NCBI GenBank assembly: GCA_051362555.1
Contig: CM120649.1
Span: forward strand, 14,880,001-14,944,000
Direction of reading: 5' to 3'
Source of the DNA: Lingula anatina
Taxonomy: Eukaryota; Animalia; Brachiopoda
Length of the DNA stretch: 64,000 bases
Every line of letters begins with the position of its first letter. Within the stretch, counting starts at the first letter, position 1. Under the pieces are notes generated by a model. That model ran no database searches and was not told where the DNA came from. It saw only the letters and a list, made by a program, of their open reading frames with translations. Position numbers and translations under genes: made by a program. Shown here one piece after another: positions 26,743-39,086 of the stretch.

Positions 26743-29505
26743 TGTCATTGTACAGACATTTTAGCAGTATAAGCAGCTCTATTTTCTTAAAAGAAAAACC
26801 ATTTCAACAATTTTTTCTTTTCTAAACATGCACAGGACTTAAATTGGCACTGTTTTGGGCCTTGACGTAGCTTATTATGAAATAAAGAATAGAGAGTCTT
26901 CACTTTTGGCAATGACAACAAGTCCCTCCATAAAAATACTCCAGTTATAACAAAAAGCTCTTTTCTCTTCAAAATACGCCGCCAGTTATGTGGTAGTCTC
27001 TTTAAAGCCGTGACCTGCGTGACCTTAAAAATATGAATTTGACCTCGGTTTATAATGTCAGCACGCGTCACCATCAACAGGGCGACACAAACTGTTTGTC
27101 AAAGCAAGCCATTCCTAGATGCCAATAACACCCACGATTACGTTTTCACAACACGAGAACTATGTGGTAAATAGACGAGATTCTGTAGTGCGGTAAGGGG
27201 CGGGGTTCGCTTATTATGTGACTTATTTGTCGATTAAATGAGTCTTGAAGAAGACGAAGAGATAACATGGGGCACAGTGAATGGCGTGTTTTATACAACC
27301 TTGCTACTTTTAAACTTATTATATGAAGTTATCAAATGTAGCATTCCATGCAGGTTCTTATACATTGTACCACTGTCCGAATTTTTGTAGGTGTCCCGCT
27401 AAAACTTAGCATTGTCATTTAATGTAAATTACATATATTATCATTATTTGTAGGGGGTCGGTGATCGCGCTATTCTATGAATAGTTTAAATAAAAGTCAA
27501 TACAACCTCGTAAGGCTTCTACTTTTATAGCACCGAACGTTCAAGTAGAAAATTTTGTAGATATTTCACTCCACGTCGGCAGATCTCAGAAGAGTGTCCA
27601 GGCACACAGCTAATTAAAACAGTTAACCTAAAATGTGCCAGTTTTTGCATTTACTCACAAAGTCCAGCTAAGAAAGCTTTACTCCATACTATAAATACAT
27701 AAAGATTTAGGGTTATGAAATATGATATTCTGATGAACCTATATATGTAACCATACTAAGTCTCTCCCGTATGTGTAAGTGTACAGAGATATATTTCGTA
27801 GATCAAGAACTGGCTGAAAGACGAAAATCACAAACAGTGTAAGTGGAGGCTAACAAGAAAGTTAAGAGAAGTATTGAGACGCGACAAGAGAAAATTGCGC
27901 AAAACAACATGTGTGGAGACCGCCATCGCCATATCACCATACATTGTTATATTGTGATTACATGGAAAATACAATTTTCATTGGCCTACAACGTCCTAAT
28001 TTCCTGTTACAATTGGTCTCAAAGAAATTTAAAATGATCGAAATACCTAGTTTTGATTCGAAAACCGAAATGTAAGCATCGATAAAATTATGTAAAGCGC
28101 AGAGGTAAATGTACATGCTATGATTGTGCCGAGATTGTGTTAGAGGAGACAGACCAGCTCAGTTGAATTATGGGAAGTTTGCAGAAGAGTCGAAAATGGT
28201 GGAGTAAAACCATGTGGTCACCATGAAGATCCGAGTATCAACTGGTCTAGGGCTCAAATATGGCGGACCCAACACGATAGGAAGACCGCTTAATCCTGTA
28301 ATGGTCACTTCGCCTCTCACACGCCTCCCCACGCGTCTGGTCGAATGGAGCCGAGATTTAATTACTGTGCCCCTGCAGGGACGTCGGTTGTTTAACATGA
28401 GAGGCAGGGCTGCTATTTTAGACAAAAATTTTGCTTTATTGAATTGGACAAAAATGGGTTTAAGCGTTTAGATATATTATAGGGCTATAGCTGTGCGTCA
28501 TTGAGATGAGTTCCCTAACCTCTATAATAGCTCCTTATATTCACATTTTATACTAATCTTTAAAAAAATGATCACCTGATGTGAAAACAGGAAAACGGCT
28601 CCTTTTTTACCTTGTATCCTAACAATTATGTGATTTCAACACGAAGTCTTTATTCAAATTAAAATCTAAAATGCATTAATTCATTTTTTATATTGTCGTC
28701 ATTAAGCGAGACAAAGACAAGAATAGCAATATTCCAAATGAACCCTTGACATTATTTTTTGTTACCTGCCTGCCAATAATCTGGTGAAAGATACAGTTCA
28801 TTTGCACATTCTGTGTATATAGTCAATTAAAAATAATAGAGACTTATTCAGCTGTGTCTTTGGTCGCCTTAATTGCACATGCTAGTCACTTATAGCTGAG
28901 GCACAAACCTCATATAGGATACTCGTGCCGCATGCTTGTTTAGTGGGTATGGCTTATGTAAAACAATTTCATGATATTGGTATTTAAATAGTTAATCTAT
29001 TTGGTTTTATTTTTGTAACCATAACCAAGCAGACATATATGTCATAGAATGGATATTCCGACATTTAAAAATTTCCGCCCCAGGTTCTACATACATATGA
29101 TTAATATGAGCATTTGAAGAAAGTTCCCTCTTAAGGCTTCATCACATCTAATTTCCTTCTTATTTTTTCAATTTCACGCTTTTTCATACGCCACTTGCTT
29201 AAAATATGCTACATAGAGGTAGATGGTCCCTAGGAAAACCGTTCCTATGATTACTCCTAGTACAATTTCATGTACCACAGCGTTCTTCAGTTGTTGCAGA
29301 ATATCGGAGTCTTCTTTGCTGTTGTCACGTCTTGGGGTACCATTCTGATTGTCACCTTGAAGGTAAAAAAGAGACTTAATAAAAACCATCGGATATTTTT
29401 ACAACCCATTTTGAGATGCGTTAGAATAAAATAATCTTGAGCGTTAATCTGTTGTTAGCTAACTTGATTCTCAAAAGTTTTTCTATTCAAATAAATTTAT
29501 GCATA
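26743..29505. repeat. Duplicated block, copy A (3' flank, last exon and part of last intron of the lectin-collagen gene)
   Basis: Near-identical by eye (over 95%) to 43357-49110 once two insertions in that copy are removed. The ORF track shows matching spurious ORFs (26787/43497, 27843/44417). Confidence 0.92.
29174..29355 (-). CDS. Copy A exon 7: juxtamembrane region, TM helix, truncated cytoplasmic tail
   Basis: [22 protein letters not shown] followed by KQVAYEKA*. The homologue of copy B's stop codon is at 29131-29133. Confidence 0.82.
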
Positions 29506-31693
29506 AAGTTTATTTATTTATTTATTTATTTTTTTTTTTTGAATACACAAAGCAATTAGGATGTGTGCTAAACACCTTGTTTTGTAAGGTAAAAGACGAG
29601 ATTAACCACACATAAAACAGTCTGAAAAGGCAAAATGATCGGCCAAGAGATCACAAAGGTACCTTTTAGGAAAAGGAATGGACCAGTGGTCGTAACTTGT
29701 GAGGCAAAGCGAGTAGTAAGACTCTCAAAGGGTGTTGAAGTTTGAGGTAATGTTCGTGCAAACCGTCCTGTGGTTGGAGATACTGTTCGTGTAAAGAATC
29801 TGGTAGTTGGGGGTACTGTTCGTGTAAAGAATCTTGTAGTTGGAGAAAATGTCCGTCCACGCAATACTACGAAAAATCTGTCAGACATTCCCTTTTCTCC
29901 TTTCATTCCAACGAACGGAAGGCCTTTGGCTCCCTGCATTCCCTTCTCTCCCGGATGTCCAACAGACCCTGGAAGTCCTTGCTGACCTGGATCCCCCGCC
30001 ATGCCCTTCATCCCCTTCATGCCTTGCACTGAGTCACCTGGTGGCCCTTGGTTTCCCGGAAGCCCTATGAAACAAACATTCCAATTACAAATCAAATAAT
30101 TACTTTAGAATACACATGGATTTCTCTCTTAAACGTGCTTTTGAAATTCACAGAAGGATGAGCATTGCAAAGTATTTCTGATAATTTCACAACAATAGAA
30201 CACATTCGAAGAAAAAAGAAAATTGTACTAAATTAAGAAGATAACCGTACAATATTGCAAACTTAAAAGCATTTCAAAGTTAGTAAATATTTCCTCTAAC
30301 CTTTTGGTCCGGCTGTGCCAGGTGGTCCTCCTGTCCCGGTTGGTCCAGGAGGCCCTATTAACCCTGGTGGACCAGCTGTTCCAGCAGGACCAACCATCCC
30401 TATAGGTCCACTTAGTCCTGGGGGTCCTCTTGTCCCTGGAGGTCCTGCTGCTCCTTGGGGACCAACTGTTCCTGGTGGTCCACTGGTGCCTTGTGGTCCA
30501 CCAGTTCCTGGAAGACCACTTCTCCCGGGAGGACCACCTGTTCCATCAGGCCCGCGGGTTCCAGGTGGACCTCCAGTTCCCTGTGGTCCAATAGTTCCAG
30601 TAACACCCTTCAGTCCGGGTGGCCCACCAGTTCCTGTTGGCCCTGCTTCACCGTCAGGACCACCAGTGCCTGGGGGGCCATCACGGCCAACAGGTCCTGA
30701 TGTACCTGGAGGACCCCCTGACCCAGGTGGTCCTGTTGGCCCTGGAGGTCCTCCCGTTCCTGGTGGTCCTTGCGTGCCAGGGGGACCTCCTGTGCCAGGA
30801 GGTCCTTCAGTTCCTGGAGGACCACCCGATCCTGATGGACCTCCTGTCCCGGGTGGACCTTCAGTTCCGGGAGGTCCATTTGAACCTGGTGGCCCGCTGG
30901 TCCCTGGTGGCCCACTGGTCCCTGGTGGTGCTCCAGTTCCCGGTGGCCCACTGCTTCCGGGCGGTCCCATGGTTCCTGGTGGGCCACCTGTACCTGGAGG
31001 GCCACCTGTTCCAGGAGGACCACTGGTTGCAGGAGGACCACTGTTGCTTGTAAACAAATAACTACAAACAAATTATAATGTCGCAATGAAAATAACCATA
31101 AGACGACTGCACGTCCAATGTCATTACCAACTGGTAAAGCCCTGCAGAAAAATGGGAGTATAAATGTGCACGGGCGGGATGCCCAGTCATTTGGACTGAA
31201 GGTGCGATGAACGGCACAATTTCTTTCTACCCCACCACTTGGCTCGCCAGGAAACCACAGCGTATAATCAGCTGCAGTTCCATCAGTCCACACATAAGTG
31301 CCCTCTACGTCAGAGTCCGTGAAGCCTATCCAGGAATTGTTGGCGAATCTAAAAAATGAAATATGGATCAAATGAAGTATGCCCGCCGCTGTTTGCGGGT
31401 TTTATATGCATCTGGGTGTAAGTGACATGATACACTTTTAATGGTTCAAAATCGCACTCGCATAGCAGGGTGTGCATGCATCGACATTTCACTTTCTAAA
31501 ATATCATTTTGTCTATGAATATACATGCACACGGTATTATCACACTTGCATCTTATATTGCTTTAATTTATACAACAGTGCGATTGACCCATTACCAATC
31601 ATTTGATCAAAGCTGCCGGAACAACTTGCAACCACTCGATGACACTTTAATAAGTTGATCCATGTTTTCTTTGACCCCCCCCCCCAAAAAAAA

Positions 31694-31755
<62 letters not shown>

Positions 31756-33916
31756 CACGTTATGTTAGTTCAACCCCTTCAAGGCTATGGTGATAACCAG
31801 CATATGGCTAACTTATCAACTCACAGTGGGCGTAAACCTGCAAGAAAGATGTTTTCTTCTGCACTGTGAACACTCGCTAGATGTCCCATACGGAACGTTG
31901 CACAAAATGCCTCAGCCTCCGCGAACGATGAACCCATGGTGGAGAACAAGTAGCAGTACCCATTTTGATCATATAATGTCCACCCGTCGGGGCAAACTGC
32001 AGCTGGAGGCAATGTATAAAAACGTATGCATTTTATAATGTCTGCAATGTATGTAATATGGTAATATTAATAACCTGAGAGTGTTGGTTTTATTATTGAC
32101 CTTTCGCTCTTTCATATTCATTCATGCACGCATAAATCAGCATTACGACATATGAATAAATATACTGTATACTTCAGCCCACATGTAAATGTGTTCATAG
32201 TTGGTGTTGGCTAAAATATACATCCACAGACGGAAACAAATCCAAAAATGCCTTTCTCGAGAGGTGTACTTGTACATCTATTTCACAGTCAACTTCCATT
32301 GTCAAATTATATCAGCCAGTTAAACCACGGCCAGCGCGTAGAACAAAAGACTCGGCCGTATGCTGTATTCGACATGCAAGCACGTCATGTACGAGTGCGT
32401 TCCACGGTCTTGTTGCACTCCCGTTATTCATTAGTGTAGTAGCCAATCAGAGGCCGTGGTTTAAGCTAAGATCTAATAAACGGATATTATTAGGTATATT
32501 AGATCTTAGGTTTAAGCCAGATACAACACTCGTCGCCGAGCTGTACGTTGAAATTTCGCTCTTTCATATTCATTCATGCACGCATAAATCAGCATTACGA
32601 CATATGAATAAATATACTGTATACTTCAGCCTGCGGCTCGACAATACACGAGTAATATTTCACATGCAGCTCGGCGACTCGTATTGAATTTATCACTAGT
32701 ATGTCTCTCTTGGCGACAGTTTTAAGTGAAATTTAAAAAAATGTGATTTACAACCCAGTTTTTCAGATCGAAACGCCGGTTCTTTTTTATCTACCGCCTA
32801 CACAAAACTATCATACACTCTTTATGATAGTCAAATTTATATTACACTCCATAGATGGCATGTATGTCTACATGTTGATCTATAGGCATTGGCTAAAACA
32901 TTAAAGGGATAATAACTCTTCGTGCCATATCTATATTTCTCAATAAAAACATTGTGAATAACTCACAGAAATATAATATATTCTGTTTTACCACAAAAAC
33001 GGCAGTTATAGCTATTATTCTGATAACTGAGCTTGTCTTTAGACCACGTGACCTCCATTGATGGCTATACTCTGTTAAAATCTCTTAAGAGATTTTAACA
33101 AAAAACCAAACTTTTTAGAAAAAAACCAGGGACTAACTTCGAATGTAAAAATGGATTCATTAACCATTGGTAAGTATGGGAAAATTGTTGTTTACTCCAG
33201 GAAAATTCATTTTTTGGCCGAAACGAAGAGTTATTATCCCTTTAAGCGAAGGACATATGAAGACAAATTTATATATATTATTGTAATTTTTTTACAAATA
33301 AGAAACTGAACGATCAAACTATAGTTTTAAAGGGTAGGGTTTACATGGTAGGGTAGGGTTAAAGGATTTAAAGGGTAGGGTTTCCGCGTACATGTGCATC
33401 CTCATATGATGGAAGCAAAAGTTAGGCGTAGGCATGCAGTTGAAATTAATTATTAAATGAATAGTTTTATTTTAATGAAAAAAGAAATAACCTTTCTCAT
33501 ACACATAAATGTAGTACTGATTGGATGTAAACTTATTCTCACCTGAGATACATACATGTCGAACGATAGACAACAATACCAAAATGTACCTGAAATAAAC
33601 AAGTTAAATATCTCGTTAATGAGCAAAAATGTTTATGAGCTTGGCATTTAGATTATAAATGACAACAAAAACTGAAAATATTTTTCATACTGTCAGCTAC
33701 AGTCAATCTGATGAAGGCCTACGTCAGGTCGGTAGCTAGCTAACGGTATGGAACATATTTTCAACTTGTGTTAATAATTATCATATAAGATTAATATCAT
33801 ATGAATAGCATGCAAAATTCGCTTTAATAAAACTTTTAAAAGATTGTTTTTCAATTACATATGAAGTATTCATATCTCAAATAATACTATAAAAAACAGC
33901 ATTACCTCCAGTCCAT
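29174..33916 (-). CDS. C-type lectin - collagen - TM protein, copy A (7 coding exons; probably damaged or pseudogenising)
   Basis: Exons at 33916-33906, 33589-33543, 32002-31825, 31348-31128, ~31040-30301, 30064-29663 and 29355-29174. GT-AG boundaries are phase-compatible except at the collagen-exon acceptor, and there is a +1 frameshift in the tail relative to copy B. Confidence 0.8.
29663..30064 (-). CDS. Copy A exon 6: Lys/Met-rich collagen segment plus Thr-rich stalk
   Basis: [21 protein letters not shown]...GEKG, then [11 protein letters not shown] repeats. 402 nt, phase 1-1, tag|...|gtacct. Confidence 0.82.
30301..31040 (-). CDS. Copy A exon 5: collagen-like (GPP-GTx)n domain, 5' boundary uncertain
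   Basis: About 245 aa of Gly-X-Y; donor AAG|GTTAGA at 30301. The homologous acceptor is missing. Confidence 0.85.
31128..31348 (-). CDS. Copy A exon 4: C-terminal half of the C-type lectin domain
   Basis: [19 protein letters not shown]...WFPGEPSG...NCA...W...PC...FFC. 221 nt, phase 2-1. Confidence 0.9.
31825..32002 (-). CDS. Copy A exon 3: N-terminal half of a long-form C-type lectin domain
   Basis: CPDGWTLY...GYCYLF...FAEAEAFC...[11 protein letters not shown]. 178 nt, phase 1-2, cag|...|gtgagt. Confidence 0.9.
32102..32631. repeat. 78-bp direct repeat (32102-32179 and 32554-32631) enclosing a 42-bp mini inverted-repeat element
   Basis: TTTCGCTCTTTCATATTCATTCATGCACGC...ACTTCAGCC occurs twice; GGTTTAAGC|TAAGATCTAATA...TATTAGATCTTA|GGTTTAAGC lies between. 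Confidence 0.75.
32905..33241. mobile_element. Non-autonomous DNA transposon with TTAA TSD (Kolobok-like)
   Basis: TTAA|AGGGATAATAACTCTT...AAGAGTTATTATCCCT|TTAA. Related copies at 47684-48304 and about 54640-55377. Confidence 0.8.
33543..33589 (-). CDS. Copy A exon 2: signal peptide
   Basis: With exon 1 (ATG GAC TGG AG|gt at 33916-33906) it gives [19 protein letters not shown]. The 47-nt exon is conserved at 62732-62778. Confidence 0.75.
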
Positions 33917-33996
33917 AACGACAGCTTTGTCATTAATAGAATATTTCGCTTTACAGAACTAAAGCTCGATCTCCCAAATACATAATGCCTGTATAA

Positions 33997-34211
33997 GGCT
34001 GCATTCCCACAGATTTTAGTTCGATCTATCCCCGTGGGGAGTCTCACTAGATTACTGTCAGCTTAGCCGGCTTCATTGTCTATCCCGCCTACTAAAAGCT
34101 GTAAGGGGGTATTTAATTTCCGTGTGGGCTCAGCTGACAGCAATTTAGCATGAACCCCCAGGGAGTTAGGTCGATCCAGATGGATCGATCTAAATCTGTG
34201 GGAATGCAGTC
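33997..34211. mobile_element. PIF/Harbinger (Tourist)-like MITE, TAA TSD
   Basis: TAA|GGCTGCATTCCCACAGATTT...AAATCTGTGGGAATGCAGTC|TAA. A related inverted copy lies at 60717-60958. Confidence 0.8.
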
Positions 34212-34674
34212 TAAGCTTGTCATATCGTAAAAACGCAATGTTTTATCATTGGTCGTCAAACGTGAGCTGAAACCCAAACCTATCGTGTTCGTTCTCCCCT
34301 TTAGTAATAAACTCACAATTTTAAGTCAGCGATATATGTCATAACACCTCGAGCGTCAGCGAGAGGCGTTCATGGCATATATCGCGAGAGGGTGACAGTG
34401 TATTATTTGACATACATACCGAGAAAAAATACAGTCGATTCATCCTAAAACACCCCTAAAACCGAATAAAGTGACCCTATATCACTCTCTAGAGATGTTA
34501 TACGGAATAAACTCGTCCACGTGCGCTGGTCACCTTCCGCCAAATTCTTACGTAATGTCTGACAATTTGGTCAATTTTTGCTTAATACTTGTCGTGGACG
34601 TTCAACTGGCTTGATAAGTATTTAATCAACCGTCGACACTGACCATGCACGTCTCAGCTGAGCCACACCTAGCT

Positions 34675-35213
34675 CAGGCCTACCCAACTACCAGACTCGG
34701 CACCTAAGGATCCTGAATTAACCGGTATATCGGACCACGCTACCCGTTTTCAAGGTGTGTGTAAGATCGCATTTCGGAGTATCATCCCCCAGAACAAATT
34801 TTGTAGCACGACTGCGGGCTCATCCACGCTCGGAGAAAAAAATTAAACTGTACTCTTACTTTAGAGTACTCTATTTTATTGTCTCTATGGGGATATATGG
34901 GGACTTTACGACATTCGGTTTGAATGTTTTAACCACTTTTGATAGGGCTTTTTTGCATTGTATTAGATTAATGTGGCAGTCTAAGGTTCATCTAGGTGGC
35001 TATCAAAATTGAATTGGCAATATAGCGATTTTACGACAATCGTTTACTATCCAATCAAGGTGACAGCCGAGCATGTCAGGGCTCATCCTGTCGGTGTTCT
35101 GGCTGATACTCCGAAATGCGATCTGACACACACCTTGAAAACGGGTAGTGTGGTCCGATATACCGGTTAATTCAGGATCCTTAGGTGCCGAGTCTGGTAG
35201 TTGGGTAGGCCTG
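34675..35213. mobile_element. Non-autonomous DNA transposon with about 110-bp TIRs, CAGG termini and 5-bp TSD (hAT5-like)
   Basis: TAGCT|CAGGCCTACCCAACTACCAGACTCGGCACC...GGTGCCGAGTCTGGTAGTTGGGTAGGCCTG|TAGCT. Confidence 0.88.
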
Positions 35214-35248
35214 TAGCTGGGACTGCTGCGGAAACAAGGTCCCTCTAC

Positions 35249-35665
35249 TTTTTAGTGACATTTCTGATAAAAAAGGAGCGTCGGACCGGAATATAGTCAA
35301 ACTAATTTTTCACAAGTGCAAAGGAGAAAGAAATTTACTTTTTGGTGATATTTCTGACAACGTGGCAGTTTCGGAATATATTCAAAATCGACGGATGTTT
35401 ATTACAAGTTCACGGGAGTAATAATTCTAGTTTTTTATTTTCATTTCTGACGACGAGGCGGTTATGGAATATAGTCAAAATCAAACGGATGTTTATTTCA
35501 AGTCTACAGGAGTAATAATTCTACGTTTTGGTGACAATTTTTTTTTACTACGAAGCGGTTTCGGAATATACATGTGCTGGTTTTCAGAGCATTCATGTGC
35601 TACATGTAATTACAAGTTCAAAGGGGGAATACATTTGATTTTTACCGATATATCTGATAATGAGG
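35249..35665. repeat. Degenerate tandem repeat, unit about 90-95 bp, 4-5 copies
   Basis: Recurring TTTTGGTGAYATTTCTGA...GGAATATA.TCAAA...CAAGT..A.GGAG. Confidence 0.6.
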
Positions 35666-36210
35666 AAGAATGAACAGCTTAAAAACAAAAGGTAAATAAC
35701 ACAACCCTCGTTAAAAAGTTACAGATTGTAGTGCCAACGGGTATGTTTATGTCTCGATCTGGAAAGGCAGATCACGTGACAGGACTGATAGCGAGACTGA
35801 CAGATAGTTTTTAGGCCGGACTTCTACATGAAGAGACGTGCTATCCAAGAAATTAAGAAAGTGATAATTTGGTTTAAGCTAAAGAGCTTTAAAGGTAAGA
35901 AACTATACTATTACCTTAAATAGAATCCAAAGGGAATTCTATATTGGCGACGAGGAAGCACGAATTCACGTAGCTTTGACAAAATTCAGAAAAGAAAAAA
36001 TTGTGAGGACACGAGGTAAGTGGTGAAAGCGCCCGTCACTCGTGTATTAGAATTCACTCGGTCAGCGCTATAACAATAGTATACTGTCAGTAAAAGTACT
36101 GTTAGTATTATTGTGTAGTGTATTAGTGTTATCAAGGTAGTTTTGTCTTTTTTGAGTATTGTTTTTGGGTATTCGTTGTAGTTTCGTTCAAAAGTGAACA
36201 CTATTTAAAA

Positions 36211-37879
36211 ATGGCGGGTCACGTGGATAAATTGTATATAAATTATGCCACTGACCTTCAACTTCAAGACATACCCGGTGTCACATCAGGGCAGGCCCGA
36301 ATGTTATATTTGTTAAGAGCTCAAAGGGGTAACTTAACAAAAGATTTGGTAGAGGAATGGTTGGAAGTTCAGTTGTCTCCTTTAGCCCTTAGTGTGATAG
36401 ATTTTTCCCCTAACCCTCATTTATCGGGGTCATCTTGGATACCAAATTTAGGTCAGAATTGGTTATGGCAATCTGCTAAAAAGTTGTTTAGTTGGGGGAA
36501 AAGGAAACCGACTGTTTTAAATACAACAAATCCCTTTCAGTCTGTGGCTAAAAATTCTGAGACTAGTGAAAGCACTTTTCTCAAAACTCCAATTCAGAGT
36601 GGACGTTTTACATCCAACCCTGAGGTTCAAAGGAACCCAATTAACCCTCAATTACAAAATGTTGCTGTCTACCCTTAGGTTCAAAGGAACCCGACTGGTC
36701 CACATTTTCAAAATGTTTCATCCAATGTCAACCCTGAGGTTCAAAGGAACCCGACTAGACCACATTTTCAAAAATTTTCAGCTAACCCTGAGATTCAAAG
36801 GAATCCAATTAACCCTCATTTTCAAAATTTCTCAGCCAACCCTGAGGTTCAAAGGAACCAAAATAACCCCATTTTTGTCAATTCAAATTTTGGCTCTAAT
36901 ATTGCAAGTACACCAGCTTTTCCCATTAACGCAATGGGAGGGGAGGATTATTATCATTCACAAGAATCCCCCATGCAAATAGATCAACCTACCAAATATT
37001 TCTGCATCTAGGCGTAAGGTATGCCCCCCAAAAATCTAACTTTCAATAGAGAGACAAGCTGGGCAGCCTTTAAACTAGTATTTTTAAGGCATGCAGAAAG
37101 AGAGGGTTGGGATTCAAATATGTGCCTGGATGGACTTTGTTTATGCCTCAGTGGAAAAGCACAAGAGTGTTGTGTAAATGTGACCAAACGTGAAGGCATA
37201 TTGACCTACAAAGGCCTCTTAGAAGAATTGGATATGTGCTATGGAGAAACGGATACACCAGTGACTGTGCGTTTGCGACTCCATTATAATTCACTACAGA
37301 GTGAAACTGAATCAGTGGATGAATGGGGTGTGCGCGTTCTAAGGCTCGCGCTACAAGCTTACCCCAGCTTACCTAAGTCATTTGTGGACTCAGAGGCTGT
37401 TAACAGATTCTGCGCTGGAATGTTGGATCCAGAAGCTGGACAAGCCATTTACCTACAACGTCCTCCAAATTTACATGAAGCTATGCTATTAGCTAAAATG
37501 CATAGAGAACTTAAAGTCACTATGGAGACAAAGAAAGGGCGTACAATGACCAAAAGGGTCAATAGTACGTGTGACACAACAATCTTATATTAATGATGAA
37601 AAGTCATCTAGTAATATCTCTGAGATGGTAACATTTAAAGAAGAACTAGGAAATGTGCAAAAGGCACTTAAAGAGATAGCACAACAATTGAATCAAAGAC
37701 CAATGACTGGTGGGGGTGGCGTAATTCAAAGGAATTATAACCCCAATCCATCTTATGCAGGTAGAGGGCGTGGCAGAAGTAGAGGGTATGTAAATTATTT
37801 TTCCTGCGGAGCTGGAGGTCATTTTGCCAGAGAATGTCCATCTAATCCACAGGGAAATGGCAGAGGGTCGGGGAAATAG
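36211..37879 (+). pseudogene. gag: Gypsy gag (disrupted): HhH-like N-terminus, NPEVQR repeats, capsid region, degenerate zinc knuckle
   Basis: ORFs 36211..36678, 37021..37593 and 37571..37879 are separated by stops or frameshifts. YFSCGAGGHFARECP is a CCHC knuckle with the first C replaced by Y. Confidence 0.8.
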
Positions 37880-39086
37880 GCCAGCCCTCGACCCATGAAT
37901 CAACAGGCCCAGACGTCATTGAAAAGCCCTGCTTTAAGCCCCTTAAGAAGATGAATTCAGCACACATTCATTCCTCTCCATTAAAAGTAATGGAAGGAAA
38001 TGAAATGTTAATGATGCAGAGAAAGAAAGAAGTCAAGAGTAAAGAGGGAAAACCAGCACCCAGTCATTCCTCTCCATTAAAAGTAATGGAAGGAGATGAG
38101 AATTTAATAATGCAGAAAAACAGAGGAGTGAAAAGTGACAAATCTGTGGTAGTGTTATGTAATATTGGTTTATCATCCTGCTTAACTCTCATTGTACAAG
38201 TGGGAGATAAGAAGATTAAAGCTGTAGTGGACACCGCAGCCGATGTAACTATACTGTCCGATCGAGTATATAAAAGTATGAAGAATCCTCTAAGAAAATT
38301 GAATGATGTGAAAATGTTATGCGCAGGGCGTAACATGACAATGGAGGGATTCACTGCAGGGTCATTGAAATTGAAAATAGGAAATACATGGTACCAAGAA
38401 CAGGTGTATGTGGCACCCATAGAACAGGATATGTTACTTGGATTTGATCTTCTAACCCAAAGGGGTCAAGCTATAATAGATACCCATCATAGAACTCTGC
38501 ATTACGATGGCATGACATTAACCATGGATAATGACCCAAAGGGGACATCTCCACAGGTGGTGAGAGTAAAAGTACTCAAACGTCAAGTAATACCTCCAAA
38601 CTCAATCGTAAAAGTACGATGTGTAATTGATGTGGACTTAATTGACTATGTCATCGAGCCAACAGAAGGGGTGAAAGGTAAATTTCTTATACCTAGGGTA
38701 ATTCGTAATGCAGGTACAGAACATGGTACTAATTAACCCTAGTTACCGTCATCGCCTATTAAAGAAAGGTGCTGAAATAGGAAGGGCTTTTGTTTATGAT
38801 AAAATAATGACGCCTGGGAAAGAAGAGCAGATAATTTTACCATCATGTAATACTTGCTATGATATACAAGAGCATAAAGATGCAACTAAACTAGCAAAGG
38901 CTACTTTAGAAAAACATGCAACTTCTAAGAAAAGAAATCCAGTCACCATAAGGGTGAATAAAATCACCATAGATGAAAATGAGATCAATGATAAGATGTA
39001 TGTACCACCCCACTTACAGCAGGTGTTTAAAGAATCTTGCACTGAGCTAAAAGTAGGTCAGTGTGAGCAGTTGGCACAAGTACTAA

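Noticed and set aside
30315-31061. Plus-strand PGGP-rich elastin/silk-like ORFs (also 51799..52353)
   Set aside because: Antisense mirror of GGN-CCN collagen codons. Splice signals and neighbouring exons are all on the minus strand.
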